Shown here: positions 48,894-61,229 of the stretch, piece after piece
How positions within the stretch are numbered: position 1 is the first letter of the stretch
Layout of the letters: each line of letters starts with the position of its first letter
Assembly: GCF_006345805.1 (NCBI RefSeq)
Contig: NC_042999.1
Coordinates: 13,206,001-13,270,000 of the forward strand
DNA: 64,000 bases
Reading direction: 5' to 3'
DNA from: Octopus sinensis
Taxonomy: Eukaryota
Notes under the pieces: model-generated
Databases searched by the model: none
What the model saw: only the letters and a program-made list of their open reading frames with translations
Told to the model about the DNA's origin: nothing
Translations under genes and position numbers: made by a program

Positions 48894-50049
48894 TAGATTA
48901 TTAACGTGTGTGTATGTGTGTGTGTTGTGTGTGTGTGTGTGTGTGTGTGTGGGTGTGTGGTGTGTCAAGAACAGAAATAAATGACAGGCCGTCGTGAGAG
49001 AGAGTTTATGCGTGTATGTGTATATAGGCATGGATGTGTGTGCGAGTTGTGTACGTCTGGGGATGTTGATAAGTAGACAGTGAAAAAGTCTATAAAGAGA
49101 AGCTAGAAGAATGTTCATAGACACAAGATAAATAATACCAGTTCATAGTCATTAGTACACGGGAGTTGAAATACTGTATCAAGACGTTGCGGCCATGATG
49201 CTGAGCCGGTTGCCGGTACATATCGTACGTGAAGTCGTGACTCTGATGCTGCGGCCTGGGTCACTTGGTACGGGAGTTCTTGCTGGTTGTATATTTATTG
49301 TTGATCCATTGTGAAGTAATTCACGAACAGAGAAGTGTTGGAACCTGGGCGAGTTGCTTGCTGAGCTGTGTACGTAGAGATATGATGTTGACGACATTGT
49401 AAACACTACGGTGGTGACGAAGAAGGAGACTGCCGTAATGCTGTTGGACGAAGTTGGTAAGTCTCAACGTGGCTGCTGTGGTGTCGCCGCTGCAACTGGC
49501 TATGTCTTGTGTAGTCAGTGGCTAGGCCTAAAAAGGTCTGGAACCGAAAGACATGTATTGAGGAAAAACCTGGTTTTTTATAGAAAGCTGTAGACTCGAA
49601 ATAGGATTCGCAAAAGGTTGTTTACGTGATGCTGTGTAAAGTCTCTGGCTATCTGCGGTCAGTTGGCACAACAGAGTAGGAGACAAATTGCCCTCAGACC
49701 AACCAATCAGAGTAGTGGATACAATGGGATACAAACAGCGGCCGAAGGCCAGTTGATTCCTGCTACGTTCGAATGCATGTGTATATAGAGTCTACACTAC
49801 AATAGTATACAATTACAGAGGAGTAAGGAACAGAAAAAAACATAGGAAATTAAATAGGAAGAACGTAAATGATAGAACAAGGGTCGAGAATCACTGAACA
49901 GAGATTTCTTTGTTGGATGGAAACATAACCCTCCCCACCCCACCGGCTCAGTTGTAACTGAGCAGACATTTTGCGAAATCCTTCCAACCGTAATTATTCG
50001 TCTCTTTATACCTGTTACAACATTCCAATATCACGTCATCTTTTAAGGC

Positions 50050-50081
<32 letters not shown>

Positions 50082-50448
50082 TATATATATATATATATAT
50101 AGCAAATGAAAGACGGAAGATGGAATATACGAGAATTTATTATTAATCACGACAATTGTTTCGACACATCTAGCTTCGATTCCTCTTGGGTGGGACACTC
50201 AACAACTGGTTCAGGAGCACCCGGCGGTGCAGATGTATCTTGTTGGGTGATAAATAGATACAACTCGTTAAAATGACTGTTTCGCAATGTAACTTCCCGT
50301 TTTGTAGAGAGAAAAGCAGACATACGGAGGAAATGTCTTCATTTATATAAAAGATCAAGAATAAAATCGCAGATGGCAAAACAAGAAACGAACACGCAAT
50401 CCAGCGAGAAAAATATTAAAAATAACTGTTAACAGTTATATATATATA

Positions 50449-50645
50449 TCATATAAAATCCGTTCTGTCTGTCTCTGTATGTGTCTTCTAGGATCTCGGG
50501 CGTCCTCCAACCGATTGCGCTCAAATTTGATATGTAGATACCGACAGTATCAGAGCGTGCATAAATCTTGAAAAAATTACAAACATCGATTCCAAGCGAG
50601 AATGCAATCGATAAAGCCGTGGGAACGTGCATTTGTACGCGCAAG
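50449..50645 (+). mobile_element. Possible short Helitron derivative
   Basis: TC..ATAAAA..CGTTCTGTCTGTCT...CCGATTGCGCTCAAATTTG is Helitron-5'-like; 3' end unconvincing. Confidence 0.3.
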
Positions 50646-51453
50646 TACATAAAAAGTCTATCTTTATTTCTTCTTTTACTTGTCTCAAATTTAGGTTAAA
50701 TCAGAGTTTCTCAAAGGGGAGGCCTATGGGACGGTCGGACAATTTGTTTTGAGAAAATTTGGTTTAAATGTTTGACAACTCAGCACCGACCATTGGACGA
50801 GAGGCGTGTATATATATATCAGTTTAAAATAATGGTCCTAACATATTTTTCTTTATTGGAGCAAATTTGGCTTCCAGTAATCATCATAGGTACATTGCTG
50901 ATAGTAATTTACCTACAATGGGTACTGGAAACAGCTGTAAGCCAAATTTGCTATAATAAAGGGATCATATGTAATGACCATCATTTTAACTCGTCTCTTA
51001 TATATCACTCAGTATAAAAACCAGTTTATCTGAAGCTCTTCCATGGATTTACAATATAGAATTGTGATGAACCATAACCTTTGACCTTACCACAAGATTA
51101 CCTGGAGTTCTTCACTAATCCAAGTAATATTGTTAGCCTGATGTGCCAAGAGAGAGCTTGTGAAGTATTTTGCCCCGGATTGATAACCCTTCATTAGTTG
51201 TCCTATATATATGCGCGCGTGTGTGTGTGTGCATGAGTGCGAATGTATGTGTGCATATGTATATGTATCGGCATCTGTTTCAACACACAATTTCACATCA
51301 GGTATCCTGCAAAACAAATACACAAACGTATATATAGTTTACTGTTCCGTTAAGGTTACGTCAACAAAAAAAGTATCCCATCCAGTGAGAGATAAACATT
51401 GTCTAATGTACACAATATATAGTTATGATCTAGTAATAGCAGGCGGCTTATAA

Positions 51454-52110
51454 TAACACGCCTAGTGTCTCCAAGCAAACCCAAGGCTCTGAGCACATGG
51501 CGGATACAACTCATAAATCAGAACAAGAGAAATCATAAGATGGAACTTGAAGACCAACTCCACGCCACATACGATAAAGAAGGAAATCGTAGAGAAATCC
51601 ATGCCATATGCTAATGGATCTATGCGTAAATGCCATATGCGTAAATGAAAGATCGCATATCCACCGGACTGCTGAAATCCAGATTAGAATTTTTCAACAA
51701 AAGTAAACATATGGACAAATTTCTATTGTCGAATTGGCGAACACCTGCCGCTCTGGACTGGGCAGCTGCATCACAGACTTTAGACTCCTTCCGTTGATTC
51801 TATATTAACTAGATTTATCTTTTTATGGTTACAGGGAATAGAACTTCAATTCTCTTCTTTTTACCTTTCTTTTTCTGTTTTTTTTTTTGGTTCACCCTTC
51901 CACCTTTTATATCTACCTTTCTCTCGTGTTTTCTCATGGTTTCTCTTGTTTAATTTTCCTGATTTGAAATTTATATAGGTCATGTGCTGAGAGCCTTGTG
52001 TCTCCAAGTCTGACGATTGCTTGGAGACACTAGGCGTGTTAGTAAAACCTGCATAAACTATCTCCAGTGTATGAAACTATTAGTAGTTCATAACTATGTA
52101 CTGAATACAT
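51454..52110 (+). mobile_element. Penelope-like (probably Naiad-type) 3' fragment with inverted terminal-repeat copy at its 5' end
   Basis: WNLKTNSTPHTIK.EIVEKSMPYANGS..C...EK.IA.STGLLKSRLEF..KSKHMDKFLLSNW at 51520-51795; 51454-51499 is an inverted copy of 51981-52041. Confidence 0.7.
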
Positions 52111-52119
52111 TAAACAATA

Positions 52120-52300
52120 TTATACATGTGTGTGTGTGCGTCTGTGTGTAAATATATATACATACATATACACGCACGCGCGCGTGCACACACACACATA
52201 CACATACATATATATATACATATATGTGTGTGTTTAAACGTAAATATGAAAAAATATACATATTCAAACACATGCACACATACATACATACATACATACA

Positions 52301-52332
<32 letters not shown>

Positions 52333-52381
52333 CATACATATATATATATATAAATATATACATATATACATACATGCATAC

Positions 52382-52428
<47 letters not shown>

Positions 52429-52436
52429 ATATATAA

Positions 52437-52490
<54 letters not shown>

Positions 52491-52581
52491 TATATATATA
52501 TATATATACAAACACACGTGCATACAGGCATACATACATACGTACAAACATATATACGTATATTGTACATATATATGTATG

Positions 52582-52626
<45 letters not shown>

Positions 52627-53206
52627 TAGTGTTTGTAGTTACAAATATGCATGCTGTGTTGTGTCACAGATTAAAGTGCGTAGGCGACTCTATTGACGCA
52701 GCCACGGCCTCTGGATCCTAGCAGTATATATATATGAGTTTATGTTTGCACAAGTGCTGCATAATACACCCGTGTCTAATCTATACTTTGTCACTGACAA
52801 AACGTGGAATAGTACAAAAGGTTATGAAATAAAACAAACAGGGTTGGAGCTAACACAGTGGTATTTTGTTGGAGAACAAACGAGAAACAATAATGCCGTT
52901 AATAAATACAGAACACATGCGTTTCTTGGCGAATATTCCAAATACCTTTGGTAAATCTCGTTGCTCGTTCAGCCCAGTCGTGTGTTATACAACAGCAGCA
53001 GCATGTATGGTTCAAGTTCATCCCATACGCGCCGCACACATACATACATACATAATACATACCTACATATATACATATATACATATATACATACATATAT
53101 ACATACACACACACACACACACACACATACACACACACACACACACACACAACACACACACACACACACATACACACACACACACACACCACACACACAC
53201 ACACAC

Positions 53207-53283
<77 letters not shown>
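52120..53283 (+). repeat. Two compound TA/CA/CATA microsatellite blocks (52120-52625 and 53035-53283)
   Basis: Direct reading. Confidence 0.9.
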
Positions 53284-53286
<3 letters not shown>

Positions 53287-53516
53287 GCGGCGAGCTGGCA
53301 GAACCGTTAGCACGCCGGGCGAAATGCGTAGCCGTATTTCGTCTGCCGTTACGTTCTGAGTTCAAATTCCGCCGAGGTCGACTTTGCCTTTCATCCTTTC
53401 GGGGTCGATAAATTAAGTACCAGTTACGCACTGGGGTCGATAGAATCGACTTAATCCGTTTGTCTGTCCTTGTTTGTCCCCTCTGTGTTTAGCCCCTTGT
53501 GGGTAGTAAAGAAATA
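53284..53516 (+). mobile_element. SINE family B, tail i, full length
   Basis: Matches the 18004 copy closely. Confidence 0.92.
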
Positions 53517-53524
53517 TATATATA

Positions 53525-53767
53525 TATTTCTTTATTGCCCACAGGGGGCTAGGGGGCTAAACAAGGAAGGCACAAACAAGGAAGGACAAAGGGATTAAGT
53601 TGATTATATCGACTCCCCAGTGAGTAACTGGTACTTATTTAATCGACCCCGAAAGGATGAAAGGCAAAGTCGACCTCGGCGGAATTTGAACTCAGAACGT
53701 AAAAACAAACGAAATGCCTCCAAGCATTTCGCCCGGCGTGCTAACGTTTCTGCCAGCTCGCCGCCTT
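53525..53767 (-). mobile_element. SINE family B, tail i, full length, tail-to-tail with the previous copy
   Basis: Reverse complement of the family B sequence. Confidence 0.9.
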
Positions 53768-54077
53768 AACAACAACAACAACAACAACATCAACAACAAT
53801 AGTAATCCTTGTGTTCATGCGTGTGCATTTGTGAGTGTCATTTATATGACTGTAGTGATTTGTTTATATTTTCAGAAAGAAAACGTTGAGTTTTAAAATA
53901 AAGTGTTTCCTAAAATGTCTGCGTGATTCTGGCCTCAGCTGCACACATGTATGCGTCTGTTTATGCATACTTGCACATAAACCTGTTAGCGCACTTATAT
54001 ACTCACCTGCTTACGTACATACACACATACATACGCAACACATACTCACCACACACATTATAAAAGTATAAATATTA

Positions 54078-54140
<63 letters not shown>

Positions 54141-54141
54141 G

Positions 54142-54223
<82 letters not shown>

Positions 54224-54278
54224 CATTTATCTCTCTATCTATCTCTCTATCTATCTCACACACGTACACATACACACA

Positions 54279-54420
54279 CACTCTAGTGTAGCTACGAGGG
54301 GTGGTAGGGGCGGTCCATCCCAGGCGGCACTTTTAAAGGGGCGGTACTTTTGGGTCTGCTGTAGGCAATATGTGTTTTTTGTGGAGCCCGGGGGCGGCAC
54401 AGACTTTAGCTGCACTAGTG
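54279..54420. mobile_element. hAT-like MITE (related fragments at 22909-23030 and 59225-59405)
   Basis: CACT(CT)AGTGTAGCTA ... TAGCTGCACTAGTG inverted ends; flanks TACACACA/CACACACA (8 bp); shared GGCG.C.CTTTT.....GGGCGG internal motif. Confidence 0.5.
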
Positions 54421-55131
54421 CACACACAGAACAATATACAAAAATGTATACAAACTTTTACAACCCATAACTTACTAAAACTATTTTATTTTCTTTTATT
54501 TATTTATTTTTTTGTTTGTTTCAGACTCGAACGATTGTAAATAACGGTCAAAATAATACAAAACTTTGGAAAAAATGGAAATTATTTTCAAGAGGTTCCA
54601 GAAGTGTGGGAACGAAACTGAAGTACGAAGACGTTTGAGAACGAAAATTCAAACAGATCCACCAACGTGAGTCATCGTTGGTTTCATAGAAACGAGTTTG
54701 ATACAGAAAGAACTAAGGACAACAAAACCATCAGAATTCTGGAAGACCGCACACTTTCACGATCATCTACAAACCCCACGAGAGAAAAAATAAAAAAATA
54801 AATAAATAAACTGCTGAAAACTTGCCATCGATTCTAAGTTAGACCATTCTTCTTCGACAGCATTTGTGTCTCTCCATAAAATTCAAATGTGTTTTTAAAT
54901 CCTTTTTTTCCTTATTTCTACATTTTACCTGTTTGCTTTTTTAAAAAAAAAATATGTTGAACTATAAAAGCTTCAGATTTAGTAATGGTGACTGGATTTG
55001 AATGATTTTTGAATGCTGTAAATAAAAAAAAAACAATGTATCAAGCTTAACTCGGAGTGATGGACTTTGAATCGAATGTTTCAAATTTTGAAATGTGGAA
55101 ATATCCAACAACTGTAGTAAAAACGGCGATT

Positions 55132-55500
55132 TCTTTTCTAGGCACAAGGCCCGAAATTTGGGGGTGGGAGACCAGTTGATTAGATTGATCCCGGTACTTA
55201 ATTTATCGACCCCGAAAGCAAAGTCGATCTTGGCGGAATTTGAACTCAGAACGTAAAGACAGACGAAATATCTATTTCTTTACTACCCTCAAGGGGCTAG
55301 ACACAGAGGGGACAAACAAGGACAGACACACGGATTAAGTCAATTAATTTACCGACCCCGAAAGGATGAAATTTACCGACCCCGAAAGGATGAAAGGCAA
55401 AGTCGACCTCGGCGGAATTTGAAATCAGAACGTAACGGCAGACGAAATACCGCTAAGCATTTCGCCCGGCGTGCTAACGTTTCTGCCAGCTCGCCGCCTT
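55132..55500 (-). mobile_element. Two tandem SINE family B copies (tail ii head-truncated; tail i with a 26-bp internal duplication)
   Basis: Both tails present; AATTTACCGACCCCGAAAGGATGAAA occurs twice. Confidence 0.8.
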
Positions 55501-56567
55501 AAATGTGGTGATTTCTATAAAGATAATGGTGTGAAAACTTATAAAATCAAAATATTTCACTTTTATAATTTGTAGAAGAAAAAAAATCTTCAAATTTTCA
55601 GTAGATGGAGAGGGTGGTAGTAAAGGGGAAGATAAGTAAATTTATAGAAAGACAAACTTGTGGTCTGGTAATCCGTGCAATGAATGTCCGAAGGTTATAC
55701 AAAATGTATACAAAGAACCCAAGCGGAAAAGGCCTCACGGCTAAACCAAATAGTTGAACAATTTAAAAGACACACACATATACGCACACAAGCACCCTTA
55801 AAAGTTTGGTTTCTCATTACATTTCATTCGATATAACCTAGACATCATTTGGAAGCTCACAGTTGCCATCATCAGAATTCTGGAAGTCCCTCCCTTCACC
55901 AGCATGACCCCGGTCATGTTCTATCCTATAATTTCTATCCTATAATTTCACATCCATGATAAGCTTCCATTTTGACCCTCTTTTCAGAAATGAAGAACGG
56001 GTCCTACGTTCTTAATAGCAGCTCTACAATTTTTTTTTGTAATGTAGGAAATATTAGACGAAAATGTTTAGCATCAATATAATGTTTGTTTCCAACCAAA
56101 ATCTTCATATATATACCTCGACATTTATGGTACTTCGACTCAACAGACGAAACGATTCTCAACCGATTTTTGCTTGTTTGCTGTCGACATCAATACTGAA
56201 AATAGAATCTCCTTCCATAGAAACTGGAATATCGAAAGTTTAATGAGCTGCAGAACCGCTTTTATAGAACAATAAACGCAGCCATTCCTGTAGAACAACA
56301 CTGAGAACTGGTTGATCCAGTATGGTGTCAAAAACATGTCGTTAACCTTCGATATTTCGTTCAATATTTCTTTACGATTGCTTGCATCAGTTTTTCGTTA
56401 GTTGTTGTTGTTTTTGGCGGTGTCGGGAGGTCAGTGAAGAAACTTAGTTGCATCTGGTACAGAAAAGTGTAGAAATATAATTTTAGGACAACATTTTTTC
56501 GGTGGGGGGATAAAATATCAAGTAGAACATAATACCGTGCCTACAAATACAAGTGCAGACGATGCCG

Positions 56568-56777
56568 CGGCCATTCTGGAGCACCGTCTTGAAGAATTTT
56601 AGTCGAACGAATCGACACTAGTACTTATATTTGTTAAAGTCTGGCACTTATTTTGTCGTTCTCTTTTGCCGAACTGCGATGTTACGGAGGTATAAACACA
56701 CCAACACCGGTTGCCAAGCGGTGCTGGAGGACAAATAGACACAAAGGTACACAAAGATACACACACACATATCGTGA

Positions 56778-56830
<53 letters not shown>

Positions 56831-57145
56831 ACTTAGGGTATCTACGAGATACCGCCATGCTGAAGATAGCAGCCAGGATCTGACTCTAAAACTACATTAA
56901 GTGTTCATATAGCATAAGGAGAGAAGACAAAAAGACAATATAAAACTAGTAAAAAATTACTGGATAATTCCAGATCCCGAATTTCTGACTTTGCATTTAG
57001 AAATGCTTTGCCTCATCAGTGGAATATACGCAGAGAGAAACATAAATACATACATATATATATAACATATGAATACTTACATATACGAATGTATGCATAC
57101 ATATATATGCCCGTATGCAACATGACCAGTTTCAAATGCCCGCTC

Positions 57146-57201
<56 letters not shown>

Positions 57202-57363
57202 GATGAACTTCTTTCAGTTTCCGTCCACCCAAATCCTCTCACAGGGCTTTGGTCAATCCGAGGCTATATAGAAGACACTTACTCAAGGTTCCATGCAGTG
57301 GGACTGAACCCAGAACCATGTGGCTGGGAAACAAACTTCGTACCACACAGCCACGCTTTCGCC
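56568..57363 (-). mobile_element. SINE family A split within its internal microsatellite (3' half 56568-56770, 5' half 57200-57363)
   Basis: Both halves recognisable; about 210 bp of unrelated sequence lies between TA tracts. Confidence 0.78.
56967..57025 (-). ncRNA. Minimal type I hammerhead ribozyme with intact catalytic core
   Basis: attcca-CTGATGA-ggc-aaa-gcattt-ct-aaatgc-aaa-gtc-a-GAAA-ttcggg-ATC-tggaat: perfect 6-bp stem I, AUC cleavage triplet, near-palindromic stem III. Confidence 0.7.
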
Positions 57364-57539
57364 TATATTACAAAAATTAAGAATTGATCATAAAATATAG
57401 TTTAGTATAATTTTAGTAAATCCTTACAAAATGAAATGACCAGTTTATTAAATCTTGTTTATTATAATGTTTTTTTTTAAGTATAATAGAAACTGAAAGA
57501 TTTATTATATTTGCGCTTTCAGCACTGAAAACAGATGAT

Positions 57540-58490
57540 ACTTATTTCCTCGATTTAATCGAAAAATATTTTGGTAACCAATATGACTAGATGAAATAAA
57601 ATCGAGACAGTTAATGCGTGGGCGATAGCATCGCTTCGGTGTGGAGTGGGAATTATAAAATGGCAAAAGAGAGAAATGAAGAAAATGGATATCAAGACCA
57701 GAAAAAAAGATGCCGCGGAACCACTGTTGAAACACACGAAGAAGGCTGGTATCATCAAAACTGAACATTGTGTAACTAAAGAAAAGTTTAAACAAGAAAT
57801 GAACAAAAAAAAGAAGAGAAAAGCGTGGAAAGAAAAGAAAACGTAAGGCCAGTTTGCAAAAATATGTGAACGCCAAGAAATTAAAGTCAAGGTCAGCGAG
57901 GCGTATCAAAAAAGGATGAAGATGGTGTTGAAATCCAACCTGAATGCTAAACATTTTATTACAGCAATGAATACTGGGCAGTTGCGGTGATCAGATATAG
58001 TGCGTCCATCCTCAAATGGATTAAGGAGGAAATATCAACACTGGATAGAAAGACGAGAAAGTTGATGACGCTGCATAGGGCGCTACACTCTAAAGCAAAC
58101 GTAAACAGACTGTATATGAAAAGAAAGATGAGTAATTAGTACAGACCATTGTATAAGGAGTGAAAGGAGAACGCATGCCAGGTATTTGATATATATAGTG
58201 ATGAAGACCTGCTGCAGTATGTCGCGAAAGATATGGGTGTAAATGCAGATGAAATGATGGTCAAGGAAGAGTTAAGGATAATGAGGGGAAAGGAAGAGGT
58301 TAAGGATAATACATCATCGTGGGCATGGCTTGAGCGAGGTGATTTGAAGCATACCACAGAAAGCCTGATCATTGCTGCACAAGACCAGGCTCTCGCTACC
58401 AATTCAGTGAAGTATAACATCTATAAAAATTCTGACACCCAGAAATACAGAGTCTGTGGAAAAGAGTGTGGAAAATGTGACCCACTCTAA
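57540..58490 (+). mobile_element. Two scrambled, old R4/Dong-like LINE fragments
   Basis: IETVNAWAIASLR.GVGIIKW...MDIKTRK; VLKSNLNAK...IRYSASILKW..EISTLDRKTRKLMT..ALH.KANVNRLY; WL.RGDLKHTTESLIIAAQDQAL. Confidence 0.75.
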
Positions 58491-58759
58491 TTATTCATTA
58501 TCGTCGTTAGAATGTTTCAGTCCGTTATCATCAGCCATAGTCAACTTGTGGAATTATCAATTCGTGGTATAAATTATCAATTCCTGTCATAAACCACTTG
58601 GAATATTCAAGTAACCCCAACTGGCCCGAAATTTCGCAAAATAACTTCGTTAACATAAACAGATCTTGAATAGAGATATGGCACGGGGCTTAAATTAACA
58701 GACATCATTAATGTTTAAAAGTCGCATGAGAAGGTGTGTGCTCCATGTGTGCCCTATGT

Positions 58760-59095
58760 GAAGGCGCATGGCTCAGTGGTTAGAGCGTCGAGCTTACGAT
58801 GGTGAGGTTGTGAGTTCGAATCCCGGACCGGGCTGCGTGTTGTGTTCTTGAGCAACACACTTTATTTCACGTTGCTCCAGTTCACTCAGCTGCAGAAATG
58901 AGCTGCGACGTCACAGGTGCCAAGCTGTATCGGCCCCTTTTCCTTTCCCTTGGATAACACTGGTGACGTGGAGAGGGGAGGCCGGTATGCAAGGGCAACT
59001 GCTGGTCTTCCATAAACAACCTTGCCCGGACTTGTGCCTGGGAAAGTAACTTTCTAGGTGCAATCCCATGGTCATTCATGACCGAAGGGGCCCTC
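58760..59095 (+). mobile_element. tRNA-headed Meta-domain-like SINE with a distinct tail
   Basis: A-box TGGCTCAGTGG, B-box GTTCGAATCCC, GTTGTGTTCTTGAGCAA core shared with 31640. Confidence 0.85.
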
Positions 59096-59452
59096 AGCAG
59101 TTTTTAAAATTTATAAGACTTGATAAAGTTCATATTTAAAGCTATATCGTGAGACATTGCTCTTCGCCCATTTTTTGTAGCTTTTGAAATGATCATTATC
59201 TCTGATCTTTAATGGCTTCCTCAGCAGTAACGTCACTAGGGAGGAGAGAAGAAGGAGGGCAAAGATGTCGTCCGTCCCGGCGACGCTTTTATAGACACGG
59301 CATTTTTCAGCCAGCTGTTTTAGCCCGTGTAGGCTCGGGAACCCGGGAACAACAAACTCAAGGGCTTCCACATGGAGCTGGATAATCACCCGAAACTCAC
59401 CACTGGTATGTTATTAATTCGGTGGCCATGTCACTCAAATTCAAAATAGTCT

Positions 59453-61100
59453 AAGTCCACCTAGCTTCAGAGAGACATGGCATAGCAATAATAATGAACG
59501 AAAATAAAGTTATTGGGAAACAGTCACAATTTTGACTATGAAAAAGTATTATATTTCGTTTAAATACCATAAATAATAGCTAAAGTAATAAAAACTTTTA
59601 TCGCTTATTAACGGATTTATGTCTCGTACAAAAATGGCAACATAATTTGTATGATGGTCGTTATGTGTTTGATAAAAACATCATTTTGTTCTTAATGGAT
59701 ATTTTAATTAAAACAAGGAAATAAGGCAGAAACATTAAATCAATTACTTATTAATTCTTCTTGTGATTCTTCGTCCTCTGAATTTGCAAAGACAGCTTTC
59801 TTCACCAAACGGACACTTAAAGTTGAGATAGAATAAGTCCACATAGCTTCAGAGAGAGGGGGAGGGTTGGGAAAGGAGAGTGACATAGAGAGACAGACAA
59901 AGTGACAGAGAGACAGAGAGACAGAGAGAGAGACTGAGAGAGACAGAGACAGAGACAGAGATAGAGAGAGAGAGAGAGGGAGAGAGAGTGCATGGCAAGA
60001 AACGGAAAAAGTGACGAGAAAAAGTCACAATTTTGACTAGGAAAAAATGTCACATTACATTTAAATAAAATAAATAATAGTGAGGTTAATATATCTTATT
60101 TTAAATCGCTTATTAAGTGATTTATGACTCTTTCGAAATGACAACATAATTAATATGATGGCTATTATGCGTGCGATACAAAGTATTTCTTTAAAATTCG
60201 ATATAGGCGCAGGAGTGGCTGCGTGGTAAGTAGCTTGTTTACCAACCACATGGTTCCGGGTTCAGTCCTACTGCGTGGCACCTTGGGCAAGTGTCTTCTA
60301 CTATAGCCTCGGGCCAACCAATGCCTTGTGAGTGGATTTGGTAGACGGAAACTGAAAGAAGCCCGTCGTATATATGCATATATATATATGTGTATGTGTG
60401 TCTGTGTGTTTGTGTGTCTGTGTTTGTCCCCCTAGCATTGCTTGACAACCGATGCTGGTGTTTTTATGTCCCCGTTACTTAGCGGTTCAGCAAAAGAGAC
60501 CGATAGAATCAGTACTGGGCTTACAAAAGAATAAGTCCCGGGGTCGAGTTGCTCGATTAAAGGCGGTGCTCCAGCATGGCCGCAGTCAAATGACTGAAAC
60601 AAGTAAAAGAGTATCTTAATTAAAACAATGAGACAAAACAAACGTTAAATCAGTCATTCATTATTTTTTTGCTGTAATTTTTAAACCCTAGGCTTGCAAG
60701 AATAGCTCCCTTCTGCAAGCGGACACTTAAATTTGAAGACGGTTAAATCTACATAATTTCAGAAAAAGATAATACATGACAATAATTGAGAATAGAAATA
60801 AAGTCATAGGGAAAAACATCACAATTTTGACTACAAAAAATGTCACATTTTATTTAAATAACCATAAATAATAGTTGAAGTAATAAAACATTTATTTTAA
60901 ATCGTTTATTATTTATGACTCCTGCGAATTTAATTCATATGACGGTCGCTATGCGTGTGATAAAGGCATCAATTTTCATTTGATATCTAAATTAATACAA
61001 TGAAACAAAGCTAATATCATATCAATCATTTATTTTATTTTTCTTATGATTTTTTTTTACCTGAATTAGCAAGAAGACTTACTGTCTACAAGCGACAACA
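59453..61100 (+). repeat. Three diverged tandem copies of a 380-bp AT-rich unit
   Basis: AAGTCCAC.TAGCTTCAGAG at 59453 and 59835 (AAATCTACATAATTTCAGA at 60745); TCACAATTTTGACTA and CGGACACTTAAA recur. Confidence 0.8.
60205..60612 (+). mobile_element. SINE family A, full length, inserted in the second satellite unit
   Basis: Complete head, body and tail. Confidence 0.93.
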
Positions 61101-61229
61101 ACATAAACTAACGAATGTTTCATCAGAAATATTGACCTACACTTCTCTTTAAGTCTGGAAATGATATCTTCATAAAGATATCATTTCTGTACTTTGTTTC
61201 TCGCAATAGCCTTTGTTATCCCCAGTTTC

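Noticed and set aside
49130-49800. GC-richer segment with CCAAT and a TG-start on the minus strand, LTR-like
   Set aside because: No second LTR, PBS, PPT or TSD identified
50148-50193. Minus-strand GAAA-CAATTG-TC with palindromic stem III
   Set aside because: Upstream core reads CCCAAGA and stem II is poor; at most a heavily decayed remnant
51992-52035. Hairpin containing CTGACGA as a hammerhead or SECIS
   Set aside because: No correctly placed GAAA/stem III/stem I, and no AUGA/GA quartet geometry
54520-56500. Faint Tc1/mariner-like remnants (54520-54870 plus strand, 55930-56500 minus strand)
   Set aside because: Too decayed to give reliable motifs or boundaries
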